Origin: an uncultured virus (IMG/VR IMGVR_UViG_3300010158_000034)
Taxonomy: Duplodnaviria > Heunggongvirae > Uroviricota > Caudoviricetes
Virus record (IMG/VR): IMGVR_UViG_3300010158_000034
Strand: one strand, 5' to 3'
DNA length: 64,000 bases
Positions 25,859-35,823 of the stretch are shown one piece after another. Under the pieces are notes generated by a model that saw only the letters and a list, made by a program, of their open reading frames with translations, was not told where the DNA came from and made no database searches. How positions within the stretch are numbered: position 1 is the first letter of the stretch; each line of letters starts with the position of its first letter. Position numbers and translations under genes: made by a program.

Positions 25859-28117
25859 ATGGCAGATGTAAAAATTAACATACCCGGTATCGGCGAAGTA
25901 GTGGCTTCTAATGCTGCTTCAGAGGAAACCATGCTTAAAATTCTTGCGGTGATGGACAAAACCACCAAGAAACAGCAGGATCCATCTCAAGGCATCTTTA
26001 AAAACATGGTAAAAGATTACCAAAGTCAAAAGAAGGCTGCCGATGAATATGAAAAATCCCTAGAAGGACTTACCAAAGAACAGAAAAAAGCACTGGCCTC
26101 TGAACGTGAAGTGGCTTTGTCGCAACTGAAGTTTGAACGGGCGTTACTGGGTGGCGTACAAGCAGTCAGTGCCATAACCGGAACCATAGGCAGCTTGGGC
26201 AAAAGTGTTCTCAGCCTTGGAGTACAAATGGCCACCTCTTATGATGAGATGGCCAAAAACCCTATAGGAGCCGCTGCTGGACAGGTAAACACCTTTATTG
26301 ACATGGCCAACACTGCTGTAAAAGGTGTTGCGGATGCCAGTGCAGGGGTAGCACATGCATTTGGTGGTATCCCAATCGTTGGACCTATAATTTCTGGGCT
26401 AGGTGATGCCGCTGCCGCTGCCACTAAAGGCCTAGCAGATCTAGCCGCCGCAGTGCTACACACAGCCAATGATGTAATGGCCAAAGAGTTTCAAAAGTCT
26501 GCCACAGCACTGGACGTGTATACCAAGCAAGGTGCTAGTTTTGCCAACGGTATGGTGGAAATGCGTACAATAGCAAACGATGCTGGTTTGAGTTTAACAT
26601 TGTTGCAAGATGCTGCAAAAAATTCTAGACAAGAACTGAGAGAATCGGGATTGAGCCAAGGCGATGCAGTAAAAGTTTTGGCCAAAGGCATGTTGTCTGC
26701 AAAGGACACTATAGGAAAGAGTGGTGCTAGTTTACGCAACGAGATGTTGGCCTTGGGTTATAATTATCAAGAGCAGGGCGAAATTATGGCTCAGTACATG
26801 GCACAACAACGCAGTGCTGGCGAAAATTTGAAGAATATTGCTCCTGCAGAACTTGCCCGCGGTGCTAGAGAATATGCACAAAATTTAAAAATTATCAGCG
26901 ACATCACTGGTGAAGATGCTAAAAAATTAATGGAAAAAGCTAAGGCACAAGCCATGGAAGCTGATTTAATGGCCGAAGCTTATGCCAAGGGTGGTCCCGA
27001 AGCTGTAAAAAAATTACAAGCACAATTGGCTACAATGCCGGAAGCTATGAAAAAGGGCTATATGGAGTTTGTTAGTACCGGCGGAACTGCTATTGCCGAT
27101 GCAGCAACCAACGTGGCCATTACACAAAATCCTAAAATTATGGAACAGTATCGCCAGCAGTACGAAACGCTGGGTGATGCAAACAAAAAACAACAAGATG
27201 CACTAATCGAGTCCGGAAAACTAACTGAGCAGACAGGAAAGTATGCTAGAGAACATTTAGAAGATACAAGAACACTTGCTATGGCCGGAAGGCTCAGTGG
27301 CGATGGTCAATTGCAAGCTGTGAGCACACTTAACAATTCATTAATAATGGCAGGTGCCAAACTTGAAGAAGGTACAACGCAAGCATCTAAGGATGCATCG
27401 GATGCACAGGCCAAATTGGCTGCAAGTGCCAACAGTCTTGAATCAAATTTTGCAAGTATAACAAAAACAATGCAGGACAATGCAGTACGAATGGAAGAAC
27501 TGGCTGGAGAGCATTTAGAAGAGTACGGAGAAGTATTAAAAAGAACAGCAGACGCAACTGCAGAAGCATTTGACAAAGCCATTAAATTTATCAACAGTGG
27601 GTTTGATGTGGCAAGTCTTACAGCAAAACCCGGCGATGCAGAAAACAAAGCACGAATGTCCGAGGCTAAAAACAACTACGATAAAGAATTCGCAGGTGCC
27701 GGTTTTTTTCAAAAATTCTTTCAAATAGGAATGACCGAAAGCCAACGCAAAGCCAATGCAAATCTCAACGACGCCGGTACAGCAAATATGCAACACAACG
27801 ATACAGACTACTTCAGCAGTATTCCGCATCTTGATGGTGGTGGTGTAGTATCGGGTCCATCAAGTGGCTATTTGGCCATGTTGCACGGCACTGAGAAAGT
27901 TGAAAAACTGGGATCAAAGGAAGATTTAGCCGAAGCCGACACTTTGAAGGGCACACTAAAAGGCCTGCTAGCGGGAGCATACGGAGATGCATCAAGATCA
28001 AGTATGGATAGATTAGTTGACTTGGTCGAGCGCCAGCTTGAACAACAGCAAGAAATGATAATGCAGTTGCGTGACCACAAAGACATAGCACAAAAACAGC
28101 TTTATGCTAGTTACTAG
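25859..28117 (+). CDS. Tail tape measure protein
   Basis: 752 aa, Ala/Gln/Lys-rich and helical-looking; N-terminal NAASEETM and C-terminal GGVVSGPSSGYLAMLHGTE; adjacent to the putative chaperone pair. Confidence 0.7.
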   Translation: MADVKINIPGIGEVVASNAASEETMLKILAVMDKTTKKQQDPSQGIFKNMVKDYQSQKKAADEYEKSLEGLTKEQKKALASEREVALSQLKFERALLGGVQAVSAITGTIGSLGKSVLSLGVQMATSYDEMAKNPIGAAAGQVNTFIDMANTAVKGVADASAGVAHAFGGIPIVGPIISGLGDAAAAATKGLADLAAAVLHTANDVMAKEFQKSATALDVYTKQGASFANGMVEMRTIANDAGLSLTLLQDAAKNSRQELRESGLSQGDAVKVLAKGMLSAKDTIGKSGASLRNEMLALGYNYQEQGEIMAQYMAQQRSAGENLKNIAPAELARGAREYAQNLKIISDITGEDAKKLMEKAKAQAMEADLMAEAYAKGGPEAVKKLQAQLATMPEAMKKGYMEFVSTGGTAIADAATNVAITQNPKIMEQYRQQYETLGDANKKQQDALIESGKLTEQTGKYAREHLEDTRTLAMAGRLSGDGQLQAVSTLNNSLIMAGAKLEEGTTQASKDASDAQAKLAASANSLESNFASITKTMQDNAVRMEELAGEHLEEYGEVLKRTADATAEAFDKAIKFINSGFDVASLTAKPGDAENKARMSEAKNNYDKEFAGAGFFQKFFQIGMTESQRKANANLNDAGTANMQHNDTDYFSSIPHLDGGGVVSGPSSGYLAMLHGTEKVEKLGSKEDLAEADTLKGTLKGLLAGAYGDASRSSMDRLVDLVERQLEQQQEMIMQLRDHKDIAQKQLYASY

Positions 28118-28140
28118 CACAAAAACTTCTTTATGCTAGT
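28086..28140. repeat. Tandem 26-nt direct repeat (24/26 identical), each copy an imperfect palindrome
   Basis: TAGCACAAAAACAGCTTTATGCTAGT (28086-28111) and TAGCACAAAAACTTCTTTATGCTAGT (28115-28140). Confidence 0.85.
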
Positions 28141-28178
28141 ACATAATACGCTAAATACAGCATAGAGGACAATTCACA

Positions 28179-29903
28179 ATGGCATGGCGAAAATATTTTA
28201 AGACCAGTAACATACCTGGAGCTACAAGCCCTATAGGCAGTGGCACTTCCGCAATGGCTGCTCCCGGACACACCAAGTTTGGCAGTAACTTACCCGAAGT
28301 TTATATTGGACACCCAAACCGTATTGAGCGTTATAATCAGTACGAGCAAATGGACATGGACTCGGAAGTCAATGCAGCCTTAGACATCTTGGCCGAGTTC
28401 TGCACACAAAAAAACGACGAAAACCTCACAGCATTTGACATACACTTTCACGAAAAGCCCACAGACAACGAAGTTAAAATCATCAAAGAACAACTGCAAC
28501 AGTGGGTCAATCTCAACGAATTAAACAAACGTATCTTTAAAATTGTACGCAATACCATCAAGTACGGTGATCAAGTGTTTATACGTGACCCCGAGACATT
28601 TAAATTGTTTTGGACAGAAATGTCAAAAGTCACCAAAGTGATTGTGAACGAGAGCGAGGGCAAAAAACCCGAGCAGTATGTGGTCAAAGACATCAACCCC
28701 AACTTTCGAAATCTCACTGTGACAGCAGTGACAACATCAGACACATTTACCAATCACCCACAGGTGGGCGGAGCCAGTGGTGCTTATGTACAACCAAGAA
28801 CACCTTATTCGGGTGGTTCAAGATTCAGCCATGCACAGAACGAAGCAGTGGTGGATGCAGAACACATAGTACATCTAAGTTTGACCGAGGGCTTGGATGT
28901 GTTTTGGCCGTTTGGTAATAGTGTGCTGGAAAACATTTTCAAAGTGTTCAAACAAAAAGAATTACTGGAAGATAGTATCATTATCTATCGTGTGCAACGT
29001 GCTCCGGAACGTAGAATGTTTAAAATTGACGTGGGCAACATGCCCACACACATGGCCATGGCTTTTATTGAACGTGTTAAAAACGAGATAAGCCAGCGTA
29101 GAATCCCCACACAGAGTGCCAGTGGTCAAAACATGATGGATGCTACGTATAACCCTCTCAGCACAAATGAGGATTTCTTCTTCCCACAAACAGCAGATGG
29201 GCGTGGCTCCAGTGTAGAAATACTGCCGGGTGGACAGAACCTAGGTGAAATCACAGACCTACGCTTCTTTACCAATAAATTATTCCGCGGCCTACGTATT
29301 CCTTCAAGCTATTTGCCACACCCCACAGGAGATGACAACGGCGGCAGCAGTTTCAGCGACGGCAAAACTGGAGTGGCCCTGATTCAGGAATGGAGATTCA
29401 ACCAGTACTGTATGCGACTGCAGGCCATGATTGTGGATAGACTAGACAAAGAATTTAAAATGTTCATGAAGTGGCGTGGCATCAATATCGACGGACAACT
29501 GTTTGATTTGATGTTTAACGAGCCACAAAACTTTGCACAGTATCGTCAAGCCGACATTGACAGTGCTAAAATTGCCACATTTACACAGTTGGAACAGATC
29601 CCCTATCTCAGCAAACGTTTCTTAATGAAGCGTTATCTAGGCTTGACCGAAATGGAAATGAGCGAAAACGAAATCATGTGGCGAGAGGAAAAAGGCGAAG
29701 CCGAAGCTCCTGCAGCAGGACAAAGTTCAATGCGAGCCGCAGGCATCAGTGCCGGTGGCATTGCCAGTGACTTGGAAAATCTAGCACCGCCGCCCGAAGG
29801 CGGTGAAGCACCCGCACCCGGAGCCGAAGCTGGCGCCGCACCCGGAGCGGGTACTCCCACAGGTGGACCCGGACTAGCAGCATCTGCACCCGGCGTTGCT
29901 TAA
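28179..29903 (+). CDS. gp20: Portal vertex protein
   Basis: LLEDSIIIYRVQRAPERRMFKIDVGNMP, EDFFFP, VEILPGGQNLGEITDL and LRIPSSYL motifs. Confidence 0.95.
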   Translation: MAWRKYFKTSNIPGATSPIGSGTSAMAAPGHTKFGSNLPEVYIGHPNRIERYNQYEQMDMDSEVNAALDILAEFCTQKNDENLTAFDIHFHEKPTDNEVKIIKEQLQQWVNLNELNKRIFKIVRNTIKYGDQVFIRDPETFKLFWTEMSKVTKVIVNESEGKKPEQYVVKDINPNFRNLTVTAVTTSDTFTNHPQVGGASGAYVQPRTPYSGGSRFSHAQNEAVVDAEHIVHLSLTEGLDVFWPFGNSVLENIFKVFKQKELLEDSIIIYRVQRAPERRMFKIDVGNMPTHMAMAFIERVKNEISQRRIPTQSASGQNMMDATYNPLSTNEDFFFPQTADGRGSSVEILPGGQNLGEITDLRFFTNKLFRGLRIPSSYLPHPTGDDNGGSSFSDGKTGVALIQEWRFNQYCMRLQAMIVDRLDKEFKMFMKWRGINIDGQLFDLMFNEPQNFAQYRQADIDSAKIATFTQLEQIPYLSKRFLMKRYLGLTEMEMSENEIMWREEKGEAEAPAAGQSSMRAAGISAGGIASDLENLAPPPEGGEAPAPGAEAGAAPGAGTPTGGPGLAASAPGVA

Positions 29904-29926
29904 GACTTTTTGGTAAATACTTTACT

Positions 29927-30151
29927 ATGTTCCTAAATGAAATGTACGATGATGCTGTTCCCGGCAGAGAAATTGAAAAAGACGACCGCAGTGTCCAGCA
30001 TCTCAATGATCTTAGAAAAACAAGATTGACACTAAATCACTTGAATCGTCTAAGAATGGCGTCGGATGTTCGCAAAGTAGAGTTTGAAGAAAAGATGAAA
30101 CAAACCAAAGTTCAGTATGCTGCCGCACCCGCTGAAGGCGGAATGATGTAG
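29927..30151 (+). CDS. Small head-module protein, hypothetical
   Basis: 74 aa between the portal and core genes; TAAATA box 7 nt upstream of the ATG; RKTRLTL motif. Confidence 0.65.
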   Translation: MFLNEMYDDAVPGREIEKDDRSVQHLNDLRKTRLTLNHLNRLRMASDVRKVEFEEKMKQTKVQYAAAPAEGGMM

Positions 30152-30271
30152 TGTTTTTATAGCAGTTTATAAAAATACCTCAAAAAACACCTGTTTAACC
30201 CCCGATATTATCAAAATCATTAAATATATTATATAGCTTAATAAAACACGGCTAATTTAAAGGAGAATTAC

Positions 30272-31264
30272 ATGAACCGATACGAACAGTTGATAGAACA
30301 CATTATCAACGATGACGAAGCAGCAGCTAAAGCATTATTCCATAAAATTGTAGTTGAGAAATCACGCGACATTTATGAGAGTTTAATGGACGAAGAAATG
30401 GGCGGATCACCTGCTCAAGGATTTGTACAAGACATGCATCAACAAGATGATGCAGCTCAAGAACATGGACTTGGCGAAGACGACGAAGAAATGGGCGAAA
30501 TTGAATTAGACGGCGGCGACGATGAGTTCGATGACGCAGAAGACGAAACATTTGGCGAGCCAGGCGAACACGACGACCACACAGAAATTGTCAGTAAAAT
30601 TGATGATCTCGAAGCACAATTGGCAGAACTCAAAGACATGTTAGGTGGCAACGATGACATGGGCGACATGGATGACATGGACCACGAAGAGCCAGAGATG
30701 GATAGTGACTTTGACAAAGAAGAGCCAGAGATGGATCATGATGCAGAAGAGTCCGACATGAGCAAGAAACCATTTGAATCACGCACACGTAAATTAAGTG
30801 ATGTAGAAATCATGAAAGAATACGTTAACAAGATTGGCGAAATCTACAATCCCAACATGACCAGTGAAAAAGGTTCAGTAGTTGGCAAAGGTACAGCCAC
30901 TGATGGTGATTCTAAGCCCACAATCAACAACAAAGGTGTAGTGCGTAACAAGGATCTAGGCAAGTTTGATGGTGAAACAACCGACAACATTGCACGTGGT
31001 GGATCAGAAAACGCTGCCGACGGCAAGCCAATTCCCAAGCCAAAGAATGCATACACCAAAGGCGAAACAACACAGCCTTTAGCTTCCAAAGACGGTGGCT
31101 ACAAAAATCAACAGGGTGGTAACAAGCCCTGGAACCAAAAAGCTCCAGCAGAAGGTCACGGAGCTGAGAAAAAAGGCACTGAGTCAGGCAAACAAGCCGG
31201 CGCAAAAGAGACCATGGGCGGTTCAATCAACCCAAAATCTGAAATTGGAGGCCGAGTACGTTAA
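30272..31264 (+). CDS. Acidic prohead core-like protein
   Basis: Highly Asp/Glu-rich; AAGGAG Shine-Dalgarno sequence; lies between portal and protease, where T4 has gp67/gp68. Confidence 0.6.
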   Translation: MNRYEQLIEHIINDDEAAAKALFHKIVVEKSRDIYESLMDEEMGGSPAQGFVQDMHQQDDAAQEHGLGEDDEEMGEIELDGGDDEFDDAEDETFGEPGEHDDHTEIVSKIDDLEAQLAELKDMLGGNDDMGDMDDMDHEEPEMDSDFDKEEPEMDHDAEESDMSKKPFESRTRKLSDVEIMKEYVNKIGEIYNPNMTSEKGSVVGKGTATDGDSKPTINNKGVVRNKDLGKFDGETTDNIARGGSENAADGKPIPKPKNAYTKGETTQPLASKDGGYKNQQGGNKPWNQKAPAEGHGAEKKGTESGKQAGAKETMGGSINPKSEIGGRVR

Positions 31265-31288
31265 TTCGTACTTGAACCGGGCGACAGT

Positions 31289-31933
31289 ATGTCTAAAATT
31301 TTAAAAGAACATTTGACTTTTGACAATGCCGAAATCAAGGTGTTGTCGGAGTCCGATGGTCCAGACGGAAATGGAAAAAAACATTTCTATATGGAAGGGA
31401 TATTCATTCAAGGTGGTGTCAAAAACGCCAACCAACGTGTTTATCCTGTACACGAAATTGAACGTGCTGTTTCTGCCATCAACGATCAAATCAAAGGTGG
31501 CTATAGTGTTTTGGGCGAAGTAGATCACCCAGAAGACTTAAAAATTGGTCTAGACCGTGTGAGCCATATGATCACTAAAATGTGGATGGACGGCGCCACA
31601 GGTTATGGAAAATTAAAAGTATTACCTACCCCAATGGGACAAATAGTAGAAGCTATGTTGACAAGCGGCGTCAAACTGGGAGTCAGCAGCAGAGGATCGG
31701 GTCAGGTAAATGAAGGAAGTGGACACGTTAGCGATTTTGAAATCGTTACTGTAGACATAGTAGCACAACCCAGTGCACCAAACGCATATCCCAAAGCAAT
31801 CTATGAGGGCTTGATGAATATGAAGGGCGGTCAACAAGTATTTGAGATGGCACGTGATGCCAGCACTGATCAAAGAGTACAGAAGTACCTAAAAGAGGCA
31901 GTGGTAGGCCTTATTAAAGATTTAAAATTATAG
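31289..31933 (+). CDS. gp21: Prohead core protease
   Basis: NANQRVYP, LGEVDHP, GVSSRGSG and DIVAQPSAPNA motifs. Confidence 0.95.
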   Translation: MSKILKEHLTFDNAEIKVLSESDGPDGNGKKHFYMEGIFIQGGVKNANQRVYPVHEIERAVSAINDQIKGGYSVLGEVDHPEDLKIGLDRVSHMITKMWMDGATGYGKLKVLPTPMGQIVEAMLTSGVKLGVSSRGSGQVNEGSGHVSDFEIVTVDIVAQPSAPNAYPKAIYEGLMNMKGGQQVFEMARDASTDQRVQKYLKEAVVGLIKDLKL

Positions 31934-31943
31934 GAGATATCCA

Positions 31944-33047
31944 ATGTTAGATGCTATCAAAACATTATTGGACAGCGGAATTATCAATGAATCTACACAG
32001 CAGGCCATCAACGAAGCTTGGGAAACTAAACTGGTTGAAGCACGTGAGCAGGTACGTGCAGAACTGCGTGAAGAATTTGCTGGTCGTTACGAACACGATA
32101 AAGGTGTTATGGTTGAAGCTCTAGACAAAATGGTTACTGAATCCCTAACTGCAGAACTCACAGAGTTCCAAGCAGAAAAACAAGCTCTAGCTGAAGACCG
32201 TGCAAAGTTTAACTCACGCATGGTGGAATCAGCAGGCAAATTTGATAACTTCATGGTTACTAAACTTGCTGAAGAAATTCAAGAACTACGTGCAGATCGC
32301 AAAACATACGAGAACAGCATTGCTCAACTCGAATCATTTGTAATCAAAGCACTGGCCGAAGAAATTCAAGAGTTTGAACAAGACAAACGTGCCTTAGTTG
32401 AAACCAAAGTTGCATTGGTAGCCGGAGCTAAAGAAAAATTAGCCGAGTTACAAAAGACTTTTGTACAACGCAGTGCAGAACTTGTTAAAGAATCAGTTAC
32501 TGAAAAACTAGAGACAGAAATGACTCAACTCAAAGAAGACATCCAACTTGCTCGCGAGAACATGTTTGGTCGTCGATTATTCGAAGCTTTTGCTAGTGAA
32601 TTTGCTGTTACTCATTTGAATGAGAACAAAGAAATTGCTCGATTACAAGCTACAATCAAACAGCAGAAACAAGCTGTTGCTGAAGCTCGTCATGTAGCTG
32701 AAGAAAAGTCAGTGTTGGTTGAATCAAAAGAACGTGAAATTAAAATTATTCGGGAATCAGCAGAACGCAAAGAAACATTTGCAAAATTGTTGAAACCGTT
32801 AAACAAAGAGAAAGCCTCAGTAATGAGTGAACTACTCGAATCAGTGCAGACCGATAAGTTACAGTCGGCATTTGATAAGTATCTACCAGCTGTACTTAAC
32901 AACAGTTCTGTTAAGCCAGTTGCTGAAAAGCAAACTGTTTTAACTGAGAGTCGTCAAGTAGTAACTGGTGATAAAACTGCTAAAAACGTGGAAAACTATG
33001 TTGGAACCAACGTGGTTGAGTTAAAGCGTTTGGCAGGGCTAAAGTGA
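31944..33047 (+). CDS. gp22: Prohead scaffolding protein
   Basis: Glu/Lys/Ala-rich coiled-coil protein between the protease and major capsid genes; AGGAG Shine-Dalgarno sequence. Confidence 0.8.
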   Translation: MLDAIKTLLDSGIINESTQQAINEAWETKLVEAREQVRAELREEFAGRYEHDKGVMVEALDKMVTESLTAELTEFQAEKQALAEDRAKFNSRMVESAGKFDNFMVTKLAEEIQELRADRKTYENSIAQLESFVIKALAEEIQEFEQDKRALVETKVALVAGAKEKLAELQKTFVQRSAELVKESVTEKLETEMTQLKEDIQLARENMFGRRLFEAFASEFAVTHLNENKEIARLQATIKQQKQAVAEARHVAEEKSVLVESKEREIKIIRESAERKETFAKLLKPLNKEKASVMSELLESVQTDKLQSAFDKYLPAVLNNSSVKPVAEKQTVLTESRQVVTGDKTAKNVENYVGTNVVELKRLAGLK

Positions 33048-33073
33048 CTTAACCCTAAATAGGAGAAAAAGAA

Positions 33074-34246
33074 ATGACACAAGCATTATTAGAAAGCCGT
33101 TGGGGCGAAACCAAAGACGCTCTGCTTGAAGGCTTAAACGGAAGTAAAAGAACTACAATGGGTGTAATTTTGGAAAACACTCGCAAAAACTTGATGGAAA
33201 CTGCAACAGCAGGTGCAACAGGCTCCAGTAACGTGGCTACACTTAATCGTGTGATTCTGCCAGTTATTCGTCGTGTTATGCCTACAGTTATTGCAAACGA
33301 AATCGTTGGTGTTCAGCCAATGACAGGTCCAGTAGCACAGATCCATACCTTACGTGTGCGTTACGCTGACGGTGTAACAGCCACAGGTGGTGCAACAGGT
33401 ACTGTGGCTGGTGACGAAGCATTATCACCATTCAAGATTGCAACTGCATATTCAGGCGCAACTGATGGTTTCGCAAGAACCACATCAGCACTGGAAGGTG
33501 TAGCAGGTAACAGAATCAACGTTCAAATCTTGAAACAGGTAGTAGAAGCCAAGACACGTAAGTTGTCAGCTCGTTGGACATTTGAAGCGGCTCAAGACGC
33601 ACAAAGCATGCATGGTTTAGATGTAGAAGCAGAAATCATGGCAGCATTGGCACAAGAAATCACTGTGGAAATCGATCAAGAAATCCTCGGTAGTTTACGT
33701 AGCTTGGGTGCAGTTGATTATGCATATGATCAGTCCAGCGTTTCAGGTACAGCAACATTTGTTGGTGATGAGCATGCTGCTTTGGCAGTGTTGGTCAATC
33801 GTAGTGCAAACTTGATTGCTCAACGTACACGTCGTGGCGCTGGTAACTGGGCAGTTGTAAGTCCGGCTGCTTTGACAGTGTTGCAAAGTGCTACAACAAG
33901 TGCATTTGCTAGAACAACAGAAGGTACATTTGAAGCTCCTACAAACACCAAGTTTGTTGGTACATTGAATGGCGCAATGCGTATCTATGTAGACAGTTAT
34001 GCAAACGATTCAACAGCAGTATTGGTTGGATATAAGGGTTCAAGCGAAGCTGATGCAGCTGCGTTCTATTGCCCATATATTCCTTTGATGAGTTCAGGCG
34101 TTGTTTTAGATCCAGCTACTTTTGAACCAGTAGTTGGCTTTATGACAAGATATGGCTACGTCGAGCTCACGAATACTTCGAGTTCTTTAGGTAATGCTGG
34201 TGATTACCTTTCAGAAATATCGATTTCGAACCTTAGTTTTCAATAA
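33074..34246 (+). CDS. gp23: Major capsid protein
   Basis: GVQPMTGP, VEAKTRKLSARWTFEAAQD, AAFYCPYIPL and FMTRYG motifs. Confidence 0.97.
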   Translation: MTQALLESRWGETKDALLEGLNGSKRTTMGVILENTRKNLMETATAGATGSSNVATLNRVILPVIRRVMPTVIANEIVGVQPMTGPVAQIHTLRVRYADGVTATGGATGTVAGDEALSPFKIATAYSGATDGFARTTSALEGVAGNRINVQILKQVVEAKTRKLSARWTFEAAQDAQSMHGLDVEAEIMAALAQEITVEIDQEILGSLRSLGAVDYAYDQSSVSGTATFVGDEHAALAVLVNRSANLIAQRTRRGAGNWAVVSPAALTVLQSATTSAFARTTEGTFEAPTNTKFVGTLNGAMRIYVDSYANDSTAVLVGYKGSSEADAAAFYCPYIPLMSSGVVLDPATFEPVVGFMTRYGYVELTNTSSSLGNAGDYLSEISISNLSFQ

Positions 34247-34270
34247 ATCGAAACTGTATTTGTATCAAAC

Positions 34271-34297
34271 AAAAACCTGCCCAGTGCAGGTTTTTTG
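34271..34297 (+). terminator. Rho-independent terminator after the major capsid gene
   Basis: AAAAACCTGC-CCAGT-GCAGGTTTTTT. Confidence 0.85.
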
Positions 34298-34309
34298 TTG
34301 ACAACGGCA

Positions 34310-34403
34310 TAAATATTCATGTTCACTCGCTGAGAGAGACTCTCGGAGCACCACTTCGGGCGGCCTAGAACGCTAACGCCCTGAAGGGCAAAGGAGAAAC
34401 AAA
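34310..34403 (+). promoter_or_regulatory. Late promoter followed by a GC-rich structured 5' leader
   Basis: TAAATA at 34310-34315, then hairpins CTGAGAG/CTCTCGG, cTTCGg and GCCC-TGAA-GGGC directly before AAGGAG. Confidence 0.55.
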
Positions 34404-35168
34404 ATGGCAAAATTAAAAATTTCAACAACAACTTCGGTATCATCAGTAAACTATCCACAAGCTCAAACGGATAGATTTGTCACACCAACCCAGGTCAACG
34501 GTAATCGCATCGGCGGCGTGGGTGGTGTCACCAGTCAGGTCGGCTTACAGATCAAGCCCACAGTGTTTGTCACTGGCGGCAGTGCCTTACCCGGCAGTAT
34601 TACATCACAAAAAGGGGCTCACAAGTTTCGTGTGAGTGATGGCACTAGAACAGGTGTATGCAAGTTGGTAAACAGTACAACACTAGCGGCAGGTCAAATG
34701 AACTTATGGGCAAACATCTGTGTTATTCCCAGTGCAAACATAGCAGCAGCCAACATTGCCGGCAATGCCACACAAACTTGGGTGTCATGGACCACAGGTA
34801 CAACCATTGGTCCAGTGGCAACGCCACGTGTGGGCGACTATATTCTTGGATTCACCAGTGCCAACATTGGCGTATACGGTGCACAAGTTACTGCTGTAGT
34901 TTCCACTACCAACGTGGCTGTGGCTGTTACTGGTAATGTTTCCTCTTCTACTTTTGTGCTGGCCAACACCATGACATTAGTAAGTAGAATTGACAACAAG
35001 TATATACATGACTTCACCACTAATGGTACCCGTGACAGCACAGACGGTACAGTGACCTATTACACCAACGGTTTCAATCCAACTAGATTCCGTTATGTGT
35101 TGGGTGGAAATGCTGTGTCGGCATCAGCCACAATAACATCGGGATTTGCCAGAGTAATCAGCGGTTAA
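34404..35168 (+). CDS. Putative virion (head decoration-like) protein
   Basis: Strong Shine-Dalgarno sequence and late promoter; directly after the major capsid gene; Thr/Val/Gly-rich with QKGAHKFRV. Confidence 0.55.
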   Translation: MAKLKISTTTSVSSVNYPQAQTDRFVTPTQVNGNRIGGVGGVTSQVGLQIKPTVFVTGGSALPGSITSQKGAHKFRVSDGTRTGVCKLVNSTTLAAGQMNLWANICVIPSANIAAANIAGNATQTWVSWTTGTTIGPVATPRVGDYILGFTSANIGVYGAQVTAVVSTTNVAVAVTGNVSSSTFVLANTMTLVSRIDNKYIHDFTTNGTRDSTDGTVTYYTNGFNPTRFRYVLGGNAVSASATITSGFARVISG

Positions 35169-35208
35169 TAACTATAATCAGCTGACGTCGATCAGCATGA
35201 ATCAGTTC

Positions 35209-35245
35209 AAAACAGCCTGTCACAACACAGGTTGTTTTTTTTTTT
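35209..35245 (+). terminator. Rho-independent terminator
   Basis: AAAACAGCCTGT-CACAAC-ACAGGTTGTTTT followed by a long T run. Confidence 0.8.
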
Positions 35246-35295
35246 GAAATTGTATATTAGATATTTGCTAAATACTCTATAACAGGACTGTAAAG

Positions 35296-35814
35296 ATGGC
35301 AACTTTTAAAAGAATCTCAGGTGACTATACAATTCAAAGTGCAGGTGCCAGTGACAATGTCTACGTCAACACCAACACACTCACTGTGAATGGTAACTTG
35401 ATAGTGACCGGTAACTCTACCAGTATCAACACCACCAACACCTCAATTTGGGACAACATCATCACATTGAATGCCAATTTGTCGTCCAACACAGCACCCA
35501 CCTTGAACGCAGGTATAGAAGTCAATCGTGGCTCCAGTGCCAATGTGGCCCTGCGTTGGAACGAAACAGTGCGAAATTGGCAAGTGACCACAGACGGCAG
35601 CACCTATGCCAATATTTCCACTGGGCTTGCTGGCTTAACTGCCAACTTAAACATAACCGGATATAGAATATACGACACTGTATCAAACGTGCAATTTTAT
35701 GCCAACACCCCTTCAGCGGGTGGCTCGGGCGTATATGCTACAAACAACAATTATGTAAATCAAGAGTTGATTACAAAACAACGCAGTATTGCGTACAGTA
35801 TTATTTTTGGATAG
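35296..35814 (+). CDS. Putative virion fibre-associated protein
   Basis: LTVNGNLIVTG...DNIITLN...AGIEVNRG...LRWNE module seen in phage fibre proteins; late promoter at 35269. Confidence 0.6.
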   Translation: MATFKRISGDYTIQSAGASDNVYVNTNTLTVNGNLIVTGNSTSINTTNTSIWDNIITLNANLSSNTAPTLNAGIEVNRGSSANVALRWNETVRNWQVTTDGSTYANISTGLAGLTANLNITGYRIYDTVSNVQFYANTPSAGGSGVYATNNNYVNQELITKQRSIAYSIIFG

Positions 35815-35823
35815 GATAAAAAA

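Noticed and set aside
28086..28140. Mini CRISPR array
   Set aside because: Only two copies separated by 3 nt, with no spacer and no cas genes in the window.
29690..29903. GC-rich segment at the end of the portal gene as a foreign insertion
   Set aside because: It is explained by a Pro/Ala/Gly low-complexity C-terminal tail in frame with the portal.
30151..30178. Inverted repeat GTGTTTTTATA/TATAAAAATAC after ORF 29927
   Set aside because: The stem is AT-only and weak, with no T tail, in an AT-rich spacer; it cannot be supported as a terminator or operator.
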